In this document: positions 41,617 to 53,570 of the stretch, in pieces
Numbering within the stretch: the stretch's first letter is position 1
Layout: every line of letters begins with the position of its first letter
NCBI GenBank assembly: GCA_964019335.1
Contig: OZ025654.1
Location: 496,001-560,000 of the forward strand
From: Diplonema japonicum
Lineage: Eukaryota > Protista > Euglenozoa: Diplonemea
DNA length: 64,000 nucleotides
Direction: 5' to 3'
Notes under the pieces: model-generated
What the model was told of the DNA's origin: nothing
The model's database searches: none
The model's input: only the letters and a program-made list of their open reading frames with translations
Position numbers and translations under genes: made by a program

Positions 41617-42582
41617 GAGCTTGTCCGGAAAAAAATGTCAACAAATGACCCTCTTTTGCAACGGAAAATCCTCGGAAAATTTCTAAGTACAAAAGTAGTC
41701 CGACACCACTTTGTGTCCAGTTCACCATATAGGTCACAATGCGCGCCGTTAGTTTCATTTCTAAAACGCGCGTGCAAAAACGTGCTTTTTAGAATGGTTT
41801 TTTTTCAGTTTTTGTCATCCGGAAATTGTAAATGACCCGGGCTCTATATTCCTTTTTTGTTCTCTTCAATGAAAAGCGAGAAGAAATGGACGCAGATGGG
41901 AAATCTGTGAAACTTAAGGGGTCATTTTGGGTGGTTTGGGCTCTTTATCACTATTAAAATGGGGTGGGGAAAATACTGCCATTTTGGCCTATTTTAGGCT
42001 ACAATGCCCATTTTAGGCTAAAATCCCTTGAGGGCCCTTTAAAAGCAAACTTCTCAATTTATAATTTATCATGAGTAGAAAAAAAATGACAAACCTCAGC
42101 AGATGGGTAGAGAATGCATATTTGGCCCCGAAGATACCGATGTTGAGCAGGCAAGTGTTAAGAATTGGGTTTTCAGGAAAATGGGCCTTTTAGGCCAATT
42201 CTCTTAGGAACCCCTCGAAAAAGCAAAAAATAGGGCTAAAAAAACCGGCTTTTTGGGGGCTATGCAACGCCATATATTTTTCGCTAAGTACTTTTAACAG
42301 TAACCCGACCCTGGGTTGTACCCAGGGGTCACAAAGGTGTGTGTTCACCACTTTTATGCGCCCTAGGTGCTTCATTTCAAGCTTTTAAACTGCATTTAAA
42401 CATTTTTCGTCGTTTGCTGACCTCTGTTTTCGCTTCCCGGGGGCAGCCGGTTGCAAAGCCTGCCACCCTCGTGGCAAAACAAGCATCGCAATTGAAAGGA
42501 CGGCGTCATGTACACCATATATGTAATCTTCCTATGGTTGCATGCTGCCCTTTTTTTGCTCAAATAATCAAAACAAGAAATT
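41617..42582 (-). mobile_element. Putative DNA element F, inverted copy carrying the opposite terminus
   Basis: Begins gagcttgtccggaaaaaaatgtcaaca (similar to the 22005 terminus, so TIR-like); 41845-42582 is the reverse complement of 22560-23290. Confidence 0.65.
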
Positions 42583-42797
42583 GCAATCTCCTCGCTTTCT
42601 GCTGTACTTCTGCGAGATCCCCCAGCTTCCCTCCCAGGGTCTTCTCGGTCACGTTCTCGAAATCCTCGAGGATGTCGCAGTGTGCCGTCGTGGGTTCGGC
42701 CTGCCTAGCTTCTTGCTTCCTCGCCTCCGCAATCAGCCATTTTTCGGTGTCCTGTCCTTCCTCTTCTTCTTCTTCTTGTTCATCTTCAGCCTCGTCT
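42582..42797 (-). mobile_element. Two joined internal fragments of LINE family 1
   Basis: About 42582-42665 matches 47807-47890; about 42671-42797 matches 48337-48463. Confidence 0.85.
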
Positions 42798-43441
42798 AAA
42801 AAGAGAGAAAAAAAACCTGCGGCCGCAGTCTTCCAGAGTCATGTTACTCTCGATTATTTCGGTACAGTGTGAAGGAAATATGGAAAGAAAAAATAGGGGG
42901 GGGGGGAACGAGGCAAGATCATAGGAAAAACCCCCCAAAGGTTTAAATGTTAACCCATGCGGAGCCATTCCAGGGTTACAAATAATTGCCCTTTTTTGTT
43001 CCATTGTTCCGTCGATTTTTTTTAAATAAGAGAAATAAGATAAAGGAGGGCGCACCTTCCTTATTTCTCCATATTGCCCACCACCAAATAAACAAACACT
43101 AAACATTTGTGTGCACAGCCGGGGTTAACCTGTAGAAGGATAAGCCCAACAATGCTACCACTACTCTTTTTTCTTTTTCTTTTTTTTTTTTTTAGCGATG
43201 AGAGTTCATTATCAAAAACATTGTTTTTTTCTTTTTTTCTTTTTTTCTTCTTTTTTTTTCCCCCCCTCTCTTTTTCTTTTCTGGTTCGACATCAGTACAA
43301 AACCCTTGCAACCCAAAGTGAAAAGCAATCCTAAAAGAAAATGCTAAAGTCCAAAAAAAAAAAAAAAAAAAGAGGATACAAACGCTTTGCGTCAGTACTA
43401 AGAATGTAAGCCTATCTTCTTCTCCCCGCCCTCCGCATTGA

Positions 43442-44596
43442 CTAACAGTACTCCGGGTACTGCATCTTGACCAGTGGGGGAAACTGCACGTTGTAGAGCT
43501 CCTTTTCAAGGAGTTCCCGATACTGTTCCACAGTGTTGAGCGTCTCGACAGTAATGTCATGGTTCGACCGGGATGCGGCACCTAAGGGTGTCGGAGGACA
43601 CTTCAGAACCCTCAACCGGTCATCACGTTCCTTCCACTCTCCGCATCTCTTTCGGAGACGCTCGCTCTCATCTTTTAGAGCCGCGGTGAACGCTTTGAAG
43701 ACGTCCCTTCCTGTGCCATGCACGTCCTCTGCAGTTTTGTGTAGCTCTTCCGTTGTTTTGCGATGGTTCATCTGAATCTTTTGCAGCCCTGCTATATGCT
43801 CCACAACGATCCCTCGATTCTTCACTAAATTCAACAATTCCGCAGAGATTTCATTTTCCTGTATCTTCAAGTCCTTCGATATGCTTAAATGGCCGTCAAG
43901 CGCCTCGCACCTTACTTTTTCTTCCTCGTCAATTTCTTGCTGCTTGGCGGCCAGCTTATCTTCCAATGTTTTTTTTTCGGCCCTCAGATTTTCCAACTTG
44001 CGTTCCTGTATCTTCTCTGTTGCCCTGAGCTCTTTCCATCTGGGAGCGTTGTCGGGATGGAGCCGTTGCTTCCTTTTTTCCAAATCGTGGATTTTCTTCG
44101 AAAGAACCAGTTCCTTTTCCGCCTCTCTTTGGATCAATTGTTCCACACTGCGCTTCTCAGCAAGCTTGTTGACATTCATTGCCGGGCCAATTGAGCCTTT
44201 TACGGCTTCTTTTGTTTTGTGTATTAAAAGAACTGTTGTGCTCAAGGGAGTTGATGGGGAAGAGGGCTCTTCTCCTGGAATGTCGATGTCTTTCTTCAGC
44301 TGTTTGCACAGAATCTCACGGACGCTCTGTTCGAGACAGGGTTTAGGGACTGAGAGTGTTTCTATGTTTGATGTGTGGAACTCCTCCATTTCGAGCTTCG
44401 TGTTCTGCATCTCCTGAAGTTGTCTCTGCAGACCGGCTGTCACTTCCTCGATTTCTTTGTACTCCCTAGTCACGTCGCGTAGTTCTGACTTCTTTTCTTC
44501 TTCCAGTGCAGCTAGGTACTGTTCATCGGGCTTGTCATTTGCATCAGGAACCATCACCCTTCCTATCTCCATGGTGAATGAAGACTCGCTTTGCAT
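43442..44596 (-). CDS. Coiled-coil protein of unknown function
   Basis: E/K/L-rich heptads; C-terminus aligns with 45727-46860. Confidence 0.8.
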   Translation of the reverse strand: MQSESSFTMEIGRVMVPDANDKPDEQYLAALEEEKKSELRDVTREYKEIEEVTAGLQRQLQEMQNTKLEMEEFHTSNIETLSVPKPCLEQSVREILCKQLKKDIDIPGEEPSSPSTPLSTTVLLIHKTKEAVKGSIGPAMNVNKLAEKRSVEQLIQREAEKELVLSKKIHDLEKRKQRLHPDNAPRWKELRATEKIQERKLENLRAEKKTLEDKLAAKQQEIDEEEKVRCEALDGHLSISKDLKIQENEISAELLNLVKNRGIVVEHIAGLQKIQMNHRKTTEELHKTAEDVHGTGRDVFKAFTAALKDESERLRKRCGEWKERDDRLRVLKCPPTPLGAASRSNHDITVETLNTVEQYRELLEKELYNVQFPPLVKMQYPEYC

Positions 44597-45387
44597 TTTT
44601 TTTATTTCCTTCTTTGTTGTTATTTTCTTTCGCCTCCCCCCCCTTTTTATATGTATCCTCAAGAAGGAAATCATATAAATTAAAAAAAAAAAAGAAAAAA
44701 AAGAAAAAGAAAACGAGCGAAGAAGAAAAAAAATGTGCGCACGAGCGGTATTTTACCTAATAAAATAGCTGCCATATCAACTAGTTGAAAGTCTCGACAA
44801 TATTTTGTTTAAGCAAAGAAGAAGAAGAAAAAGGATAAAAAAGTCATCTCACACGATTTATTTTTATTTTTATTTTTACTTTTATTTTTTTTTTTTTTTT
44901 TTTTGTATTTTAACAAGTACTGCTCGGTTTCTCGAAGAACAAAAATATATGAGTTAAGGGACATCTTTTCGTGAGACGCCCCTCTACCTTGAAAAAATAA
45001 TGGTGGTAACAGTGCAGTACTTATCTCAGAATCAGCAGCAGGGATGAACGGACAACCCTATACTCTTTTTCTTTTCTTCTTCTTTTTTCCCCCCCCCGCA
45101 ACATTTCTTGTTCAAGCATCTTTTCAAGGCTTGTTACTTTGTCAGAAAAAAAGAGAAAAAAAAAGAGGAACCGTACGTGCCGGGTAAAACCTGGAGAAGT
45201 TTATCAACCCGAAACACGTTGCCAACATTCCCCTTTTGTTTAGAGTCAAATACTCGTTCTTGCAAAAAAAAAAAAAAACTAGTTTGGCGCTCCATTTGTT
45301 TGTGCGCACGAACGGAATTTTACCTATAAAATAGCTCATTACGCTGCCATCAACTAGTTTTTAGTCTCGACAATAATATTGTTAAAA

Positions 45388-45423
<36 letters not shown>

Positions 45424-45726
45424 GATAAAATTTCAGTGTGCATGGGGGTGCTCACTGTTCAGGTAAAAAAAAAGCATACACTACTGAATAGCTAGGAACG
45501 GGTTAGTGAGAAAAATGGAAAAAAAAAATTCAAATTAACATGCAAGCCCCCAAGACGAAAGCCGCATGCCCTAAAAAGGGAAGGGGGCATGGTCAGTACT
45601 AGGGATCTCAGTTTCGGTCAAATCTCGCGGCTCCTCCAGGTGCTGACCTCTTCACCCTTCAATGGCTCCTACTAGCGTCCCAGCAGAGTACTTTTCCCGA
45701 CCACAAAAAAAGATATCATAACTAAA

Positions 45727-46860
45727 TCAATCGCTGTCAGCAGCATCGGCATACACCGGGTAAACTGGTAGTTCCAAGTCGGGGAAGTCCAACCCATTGT
45801 TTTTAAGCAAATTCGAATATTCCACAAGAGCGGTAATGGCGGCAATGGAGGTGTCGTGAACATGCAGGTCAGCCTGTCGGACCTTTTCTCGCTCAGGTTT
45901 AAAGGCAATCTTCGATTGCAGGGTGTTACTCCTTTCGGTCCATACTTCAAGCCGCTGTTGGTGCTGCTTCACGGTATCATCAAAGTCATCGAATGCCTTG
46001 TCTAAAGAAACTTTTCCTTGCTCGTAAATCTCTTTCATTTCTGCGTGTGTCTCTTCGGCCTTTGCTAACGAAGCCTCATGGAGGGATTGCAGGGTGATGA
46101 TGTGCTGCCGTAACTCGTTTTGTTCTTTTGTTTTTGTTTTGATCTCAGAGTCGATGACCTGAAGCCTTCTGCAATGACGCTCTATTCGCAAGGTTTTCTC
46201 CAGCTGAAGAGCTGCGTGTTGTGATTGTTCGTTTTCAAGTTCATTTGCAGTCTTGTCGAGAACTGCCTGCAATGCGTCCCGTTTAGCTTGAATGTTCGAA
46301 ATTCTTTTTGCGGAAGTGTTGATTTGTGCTTCCAGCTCATTGTATGAGACGTACTCTTTTTTGTAGTTTTCTGTTGTGCGCTTCAAGCTTCGTAGGTCTT
46401 CAGACAGGTCCTCATCATGCATGGCAGCGTCACCGATTAGCTTCTCGAACGGTCGTTGCTTTAAAAAACTGTTTTGTTCCACCGCGCACTTACAGATCTC
46501 GCTGCGAGCCTTTACCAGGCGTTGTTGTTCTAATAAAATGGATGCTACCCCTGTGCCTTCAGAACCTTCTTCTACTGGTTTTTCAAGTGAAATGCCGGCG
46601 CTTTCCATGCAGTGTTGAAGGGCTTTTGTGATGCGGACGTCTGGAATGCTGACTTCTTTGAACATTGACTTGTGGCTTCTTTCGTCGTTCTGTTGCGGTG
46701 GCCGGTACATCACCTCCCCCATGATGCTTTGGATTTCCTTTTTTATTTTTTCTTCCGTTTCCGTTTCTTTCGACAGGGCATTCTCCCTTTCCCTGTGAGA
46801 GATGTCCCCCAGAGGAAGGGCTGTGTGGACATTGTTCCATGCTTGCACGGCGGTGTTCAT
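45727..46860 (-). CDS. Coiled-coil protein, divergent tandem paralog of 43442-44596
   Basis: Shared WxERxxxL...HD...YxxLL...FPxL...YPxY. Confidence 0.8.
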   Translation of the reverse strand: MNTAVQAWNNVHTALPLGDISHRERENALSKETETEEKIKKEIQSIMGEVMYRPPQQNDERSHKSMFKEVSIPDVRITKALQHCMESAGISLEKPVEEGSEGTGVASILLEQQRLVKARSEICKCAVEQNSFLKQRPFEKLIGDAAMHDEDLSEDLRSLKRTTENYKKEYVSYNELEAQINTSAKRISNIQAKRDALQAVLDKTANELENEQSQHAALQLEKTLRIERHCRRLQVIDSEIKTKTKEQNELRQHIITLQSLHEASLAKAEETHAEMKEIYEQGKVSLDKAFDDFDDTVKQHQQRLEVWTERSNTLQSKIAFKPEREKVRQADLHVHDTSIAAITALVEYSNLLKNNGLDFPDLELPVYPVYADAADSD

Positions 46861-47497
46861 TTTTCTCTCTTTTTCTTTTTTTAAATTCCCCGTGTGTGTG
46901 TGTGTTGGGCTGTGTTTCTTTTTTTTTCCCCCTTTTTTTTTTTTTAAAACCTTGGTTTTAGTAAGAAAAACTATTCTTTAAGGAATGCGTTTTTGCGCTC
47001 ACCGGCCGAGTTGAGCGAGTTGTGTATCCCCCCAAACCACTATACCAGAAACCACCACTGGGAGGTCGGAAACATTGGTCCCTAAAAAAAGAAAAATGAA
47101 TAACGAATAAAAAAAAAAGAAAAAAGAAACCAGACTTTACCAGTCGGTACTACAAGTAAGAAATGTTAAGGAGAGGAGAGAGGTGGAGGAGAGAGGAGAA
47201 CCGAGACTGGAAAACAAGGGGAGGGGAGAAAAACAAAAAAAAGAAGACAAGATGGGCGATTGGCTTAGTGTATATTTTTTCTTCTTCTTTCTTTCGACAC
47301 TAGCAGGTTATTTCTTTTTTTTTTTGTTGAAAATGAAAAAAAAGGGGGAGGGATAGGGGAGAAAAAAAAACTGAAAAAGATTTCTAAAGCGAGCTCTTCT
47401 TCTTCTTCTTCTCTCGGTTGTTATCAAAATTAAAAAAAAAAAAAAATATATATGAGTTAAAGGAAGTCTTTGTGAGACGCCCCCTTGTTCTCATCTT

Positions 47498-50400
47498 CTA
47501 CCTGCACCTATCCCCTTTCAGCAGCGGGTTCTCCTCCTTTGGTGGTCTTGCCGGCCTTCTCCCCAGCCTGGCCGCTCTTTCTCTTCGTTCTCTCGCCCAT
47601 TGTCCTTTCAATGCCTCTAGGTCATGCTTGGTCTTCGGTGATGCAAATATCGCCCTCCTGTTCCATCCGATCACCGCCTTTGTCCTCCCGATGGATCGTA
47701 GTGTGTGCACCCTTGTGCTCGGCTCAGCTGGGAAGGCCCTCCTTCCTTTCACCTTCTCAGTACCCTCCCTAGCTCCCATGTGTGCCAGATCTTCTTCATC
47801 AGTCCATGCAATCTCCTCGCTTTCTGCTGTACTTCTGCGAGATCCCCCAGCTTCCCTCCAAGGGTCTTCCCGGTCACGTTCTCGAAATCCAGTGCCAGCT
47901 CCACCGTCGACACTGACGTGTTTCTGCTGCCTGCATACCAGCGCAGTTGCCGCATCCACCTCAGCACCTCCTTCGTGTACTCCCGTAGGACATCCCCTGC
48001 CGGTAGCTTGCCGAAGTCCTTGTCCGACGGTACTGGGTGTTCTTGACCTTGTGTGATCTCCAGCCACTGGTGTGTGTGGTACACCTCCTGCCTCTTCGCT
48101 TGTAGGGCTGCGTCCCGCTCCCCCACCACCGCCAGCAGGTACCTCTGCGTTCCTTCGAGCCTTTCCCTGACATCCTTCCCTGCTCCCCTTGGCAGGATGC
48201 CATGCAGCTTCGTACACGGTTCCAGCCCCCTGCGCGTCATGCCTTCGTGTTCTTCCCGCTGTTGCACTTCCTTGGCCTTTTCGCACTCCCACAGTGCGTG
48301 CTCCAGCATGTTGGGCAGCTGTTGCTCCTGACCGCAGATGTCGCAGTGTGCCGTCGTGGGTTCGGCCTGCTTAGCTTCTTGCTTCCTCGCCTCCGCAATC
48401 AGCCACTTTTCGGTGTCCTGTCCTTCCTCTTCTTCTTCTTCTTGTTCATCTTCAGCCTCGTCTTCATCCTCGTCTTCTTCTCCTTCCGCCATCGGGATGT
48501 GCTCCACCGTGTCCGTGCGCCATCCCCGTGGGTTGATGTAGAACACTGCCCCCGAGATGATCCTTCGCACGTCCCTTGCTGCAATCGGGTCCGTCACCAC
48601 CAGCTTCCTCCACAGCGCGTTGGTCTCCGCTGCTGCCGCAGCTTCCATGCCCCCCATGGTGCTCCGTTTGCTCATGATTTCCTGTGCTTCCGCCCGCCTG
48701 AGTCGGTCCCTGATGTAGTGCTTGTAGGGCTCCTTTTCCAGTGCGTGGGTGTCCTTCAGCTGTGCCCAGCTTAACTTGATCTGAGGCAGCCACCTTTCCA
48801 TCATGATGCCCACCGGTCCCACCGGTATCTTCTTCCCGCTGTACCGTTTGGCAATGGCGTCGCAGCGTGTCCACAGCTTGTCGTCCTTCTTGCAGGCTCT
48901 GTATAGGAGCATAAGTGCTCTGTATGCGGCTGTCATCTGTGGGTGGCTCGTGTGTCCCGGCAGTGTCACGGATAGTACTGTGCCTGGGTTCCTGGTGCAG
49001 TACTTCTGCCCCCAGAGCGCGTACGTGGTCTCCTTCACCAGCGTGGCCATTTGTCCCGTTTTCGGCGGTGAGAATGGGCAGTCGTAGAGGCAGCTCGGTA
49101 GGATCGTGCTGCTGATGATCTTCGCCTTCTGCTGAAAGGACAACGGCGTTGCTCCCAGCCTGCTCAGCGTCCCGAGTGCCTCCGCCGTCCTGTCGCCGTT
49201 GGTTTGCGGCCTGCCGTCTGTCCGCAGCTTGGCTCCCAGTACTCCTACAGTCCGTGTCGGCTGCAGTTCCTCGCCTTTCACCTTCACCTCCGGTGTCTTC
49301 CTGTTCACTGCAAAGGTCTTCGTCTTCCTGGTGTTGAGCTTCATCCCCACCTGTTTGCAGAAGGCTTCCACTGCGTCTACGCCTTCCTGCAACGCCGCAC
49401 CGAGCCGTGCCAAGAGATATGCATCGTCCGCGTAAGACAGCGAGCGGACCCCTGTGTCGTTCTCCACCTGCTTCATTAGTACCGCCAACAGCGCGTTGAT
49501 GAGTACCACTGAAATCGGGCATCCCTGAAGGATTCCATTGGTTGTGTGGAACTCCTCCCCCACGCCTGCTGCGTACCTGAACCGTCTTCGCATGCCTGCG
49601 TACATTCCTTTCAGTGCCCTGAGGATGCCTGTGTCCATGCCCATGTCCTCCACCAGCTCCAGAACCAGCTGTTGCGGTACACTGTCAAAGCATTTCGCAA
49701 AGTCGAGTGCCACCCCGACTAGCGGTTTCCCCTCCAGAATGGATTCTTCGATGTCAAGGGCGAGGTCCAAAAGTGCGTCCTCTGTCCCGAAACCCGTGCG
49801 GAATCCGTATTGCTTGTCGTGTATCCATTTCTCCTGCCAGATGAGGATATCAGACAGTCGCGCGCATGCCCAGAGTCTGTACACCGCAGATGTGACTGTG
49901 ATAGGCCTGTGCTCCAGTGGTCCCGCATCGTCGCACTTCGGTACGAGGGTAACCAGTGCCGTTTTCATGGCTTCCGGCCACCTCCCCGTTGCTTCGATCG
50001 CATGGAAGAGCATCGCCCAGGCGTCTAGTACTGACTCTGGTAGTTTCCGTAGCTCTAGCATCCTCCACCCGTCGATGCCTGCCGCGCTTTTCTTGCTTTT
50101 CTTTCTGAGCACTTCCCTCAGCCTTGCTCCCGTCAGTTGTGTCCTCTCCATCTCATGCCGTTGCACGAACTTGCTGTACTTTGCCTTGAAGGGGGCATAG
50201 AGGGGCTCCGGTCGGGACTCGTATTTCGCAAAGACGGTCTTCCACGCCTTGCGCATGACGCTGTCGATCAGTCCGGGGGACGCAAAGAGCACCATCCCTT
50301 CCTTGACCGCCCTGGTTCCGTCGCTTTGACGTTTGCCTTTCGCGACTTTTACCAGTCTTGTTGTCTCGCGTCCTGCTGCAACCTCGGCCAGGTATTCTCG

Positions 50401-51846
50401 TCTCCGTGACGTGTTCGCCTCGGTCCTTTTCTTCCGTTCCTCAGCTGCAATTGCGTCTTCCATGTTCAGCGCTGCTGCCAGCATGTCCTCTATGAGAACA
50501 GCGTCGTGCGGCACCGGTTCAGCTGGTACTGCCAGAGCCTTTGCTTCCCTGTTCACGTTTCTTATCGTGTTCAGGGTCGGCTTGCTTAGCCCCTTGTCCT
50601 CAACTGCTTGCTCGAGCTGTTGTTGCAGTGTCCGCGTCTTGAGCTTCAGCTTTTCCAGTCGCGCTTGCCATGTTGTAGCTGCACCCACCGTTCCCGTCGT
50701 CGTTGGTGCACACACTTCCTTCTCCTTTGTGCTGGTGTGTTTGCCTCTTCCGACGTACGCTGCCCTCCCCGGCGTCCCCACTGGTTGGTCTATGAGGAGG
50801 TCTTCGGTGCACCGGGAGAGGGTCTCGAAGGCTTTTGTTATATTTCCTTCGTGCAGGTACTGTCGGAATCCGGCTGCTTCCACTGCTTCGGCTCCTTGTT
50901 CTTCCGTTGGCTCATCTGCCGTCTCCAGACCCCTCGGCAGCATGTATCGTTGTACCGTCATCCTGAATCTGTCGAGCTCAAGTGCAACCGTCAGTGTCCG
51001 GTGATCCGTCCCCTTGATCGCTTGGTTCACTTGGCATCCGGTGATGGCCGGTACTGCCTCCGGACTTGCCAGTATCCTGTCGATCCGCGTGGCGCAGTTC
51101 TCCCGTACAAACGTTGGATCAGGTTGTTTCCCTCTCCATTTTGCGCATAGGTCCGCTGTGTCCGCCCATCCTGCCTGCAGTGCCTTCCGCAGTTCCGGGG
51201 ATCTTGCCTCGTCGGTGTTGAAGTCGCCAACGACGAGTATTGGCACATTGCCGAGCTCCTTCGCCTTCTTCCGCAGGATGTAGTGGAGGAGGGTCTCCCT
51301 CTTTGCGGTCTCTTCACGTCCTGTTCCTGCCGGGCAGTATATCGATATGATATGTAGCCATCTGCGTTTGCCATCGATTGCGACCTGAGTGTGCAGCCAC
51401 CTCCTGCGTTGTTCTTCAGATTGGTCGTTGGTGTCCAGAGAACCTGGCAATGCTGTCCTGGGTTCTCGGATTAGGGTTGCCAGTCCTCCCCTCTGAGCTA
51501 CCCAGTTCGAAGCGATTCCCTCCACCTTCCTTCCCGGCTGCGGCGGTCCCCACATCGGCTTCCACTTCTTCTTCGTCTTCTTCCCGAGCTCCCGCTCCAT
51601 CTCCTGCTGCCCAGCTAAGGTCAGCGCCGTCTCCTGCGTGCAGATCACGTCGACGTCCAGCTTCGTCGTAACCTCCTCTATTTGGTTGCGTAGGGAGGCC
51701 ACGTTCACTGTCGACACGTACATGTTGGGCCCAGGGTTCGGATGTATCCCCTGCGCCGTGAGCCTCGCGAAGTCCTCTTCCTCCTCTGACCCCGGTTTCC
51801 GCCTCCCCGTTTTCAGTTGGGGAGGTTTCCAATGCAGCTCACGCAT
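47498..51846 (-). CDS. LINE ORF2: 2A-like peptide, AP endonuclease, reverse transcriptase, CCHC-type Zn finger, C-terminal domain; 1-nt deletion near 47757 gives an early stop at 47749; start codon uncertain
   Basis: STVNVASL, DVICTQET, SIYCP, VGDFN, TRIDRIL, TDH; HRPITV, QYGFR, LDFAKCFD, GILQGCPIS, SYADD; CDIC...HALWEC; the end KGDRCR* is in frame in the 22 kb and 63 kb copies. Confidence 0.92.
51727..51780 (-). other. 2A-like (StopGo) peptide EEDFARLTAQGIHPNPG|P
   Basis: NPGP immediately before the APE N-terminus; deviates from D(V/I)ExNPGP. Confidence 0.65.
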
Positions 51847-53570
51847 TGTTCCCGCCTGCAGTTCTCCATGGCGCACACCCTCGCCCTCCTGCCTTTCAGC
51901 TGGCCATGACATGACCCGCATTGACCCTGTGAGGCTTGGTAGGTCGCAGACCAAGCATGGACATGCACCTTCTGCTTCTTCTTCTCCTTGCCTTGCAGCT
52001 TCCCTTCCGACGAGGTTGTTGGCTTCCTGTGGCCGGGGCTGCTGGGGTCGGGCTTCTTCGGCGACGGGGAGGGTGAGGGAGTCTGGCTCCTCTGTCGCTT
52101 CGGTGACGCTGCCTTGTTCGTGTTCGTGTTCGTGCTTGTCTTTTTCGGGGACACTGCACCTGCCGCCGCCGCCGTCGCAGGCTTCTTCTTCGCCGTCGGC
52201 GTCTCCGTGTTCTGTTCCGGAGTGCCGCTCCTCTGCCGCTTCGGGGATGCAGCGCTTGTCGTGGCTGCTGGGGTCGTCGCGGCCCTGTTCTCCATCGCCC
52301 TGCGTGCCACCTTCCTTAGCGCATCTTTGAGGCGGTCGACTTCGCTCTGCAACTTCGTGACGAGCATTTTGTATTGCTCTAGCTCTGTTGCGTTGATCGT
52401 GGTGTCCTTCTGTTGCTGTTGTTGTTGTTGTTGTTGTTCTTGCTTCTGCGGCTTCTTTGTCTTCTTCTTCTTCTGTTCTGTGGTCGTGTCCGCGGTCGCG
52501 TCCTTCTGCTCCCGTTCCTGCAGCTTCTCGGGGTCGGCGGCCGCCCAGTACTCCTCGCCCTTGTTCTTGCCGTAAAAACAGAGGAACTCGGGCTTGGAGT
52601 ATCGTGTGTCGCAGTTTTCGTTGGGGTCCTTCCTCGTTTCCCCTTTCGCCACCACCATTTGCAGTGGTTGCTGCTTCCACGCCGCCGTCAGCGCCATCCG
52701 GTGCTCCCCCACCTGCACCTCGCCGAACGGGGGCTGCCCTGCCGACTGGACCACCGCCAGTTGCCGCCCCTTCTTCGGGATGACGCGAATGACCGTCGCG
52801 TCCTTCCACCCGTTGTTCCGTAGCAAGCCCTGCACCTGCTCGCCCGTGATCCCGCGTGGCACACTGTGGAGGTCGAACTTTCGTCCGGCCCCTGTTCCCA
52901 CCAGCAAGCCGGCCTCCTGTGCTTTGTGTCTGGCGTCGTCGCTGTCCAGGTTCCCGTCTTGCACCAAACCGAGACCCCTCCCGTTGCTTGTGAGGGTGGC
53001 CGTAGGTCCTCCGATCCCCCGCGCCGCCGCCACGTCCCACGTCCTCAGCCATAGTGGTGGCTGCTTCTCTCGCTTCCTCCTGCGGTCCTCTGCGAACAAG
53101 CCCCCCGCACCAGCCTGCTTCGCCTTCCCTTCTTCGTTGGCCGCCACGTAGACCAGGAGGTCCAGCTTGGTCAGCTGTCCCTTCCAGGCCTCGCCTCTTG
53201 GCTCTGAGATCCCCCGCAGGGTGACTCCCAGCGCCTTGAGTGCCTTCACCGTCTCGTTCTTGGCGTCCGCTTGCACCTTCGCCCACCCGTCCTCCCCGGA
53301 TGCGGCTCTCCACCAGATGGCTCGCAGTACGATCGTGCTGCTGCTGCTGCTGTCGTTGTCGTCGTCCTCGTCCATCCACTTCTCCTGCACCTCCTGCACC
53401 TGACGAGAAGGCCATTCCTTCGCCGTCACCTTCTGCGCTTGCACCGGCTTCACTGACCTCGCCATTCGCGCCACCTGCACCCATGTTGATGATGCTGCCT
53501 CCTTCTGGGGAGTTTGCTCCCCCCCCTTGGGAGGGGACCCAGGGCCACCACGTGGAGGTTCCCCAGCCAT
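51813..53570 (-). CDS. LINE ORF1 (585 aa): RRM-like region, coiled coil, SPK-rich basic linker, terminal Cys/His finger
   Basis: FDLHSVPRGITGEQVQGLL..GW; ELEQYKMLVTKLQSEVDRLKDAL; HVH...CGSC...CAMENC...CVSC. Confidence 0.8.
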   Translation of the reverse strand: MAGEPPRGGPGSPPKGGEQTPQKEAASSTWVQVARMARSVKPVQAQKVTAKEWPSRQVQEVQEKWMDEDDDNDSSSSSTIVLRAIWWRAASGEDGWAKVQADAKNETVKALKALGVTLRGISEPRGEAWKGQLTKLDLLVYVAANEEGKAKQAGAGGLFAEDRRRKREKQPPLWLRTWDVAAARGIGGPTATLTSNGRGLGLVQDGNLDSDDARHKAQEAGLLVGTGAGRKFDLHSVPRGITGEQVQGLLRNNGWKDATVIRVIPKKGRQLAVVQSAGQPPFGEVQVGEHRMALTAAWKQQPLQMVVAKGETRKDPNENCDTRYSKPEFLCFYGKNKGEEYWAAADPEKLQEREQKDATADTTTEQKKKKTKKPQKQEQQQQQQQQQKDTTINATELEQYKMLVTKLQSEVDRLKDALRKVARRAMENRAATTPAATTSAASPKRQRSGTPEQNTETPTAKKKPATAAAAGAVSPKKTSTNTNTNKAASPKRQRSQTPSPSPSPKKPDPSSPGHRKPTTSSEGKLQGKEKKKQKVHVHAWSATYQASQGQCGSCHGQLKGRRARVCAMENCRREQCVSCIGNLPN

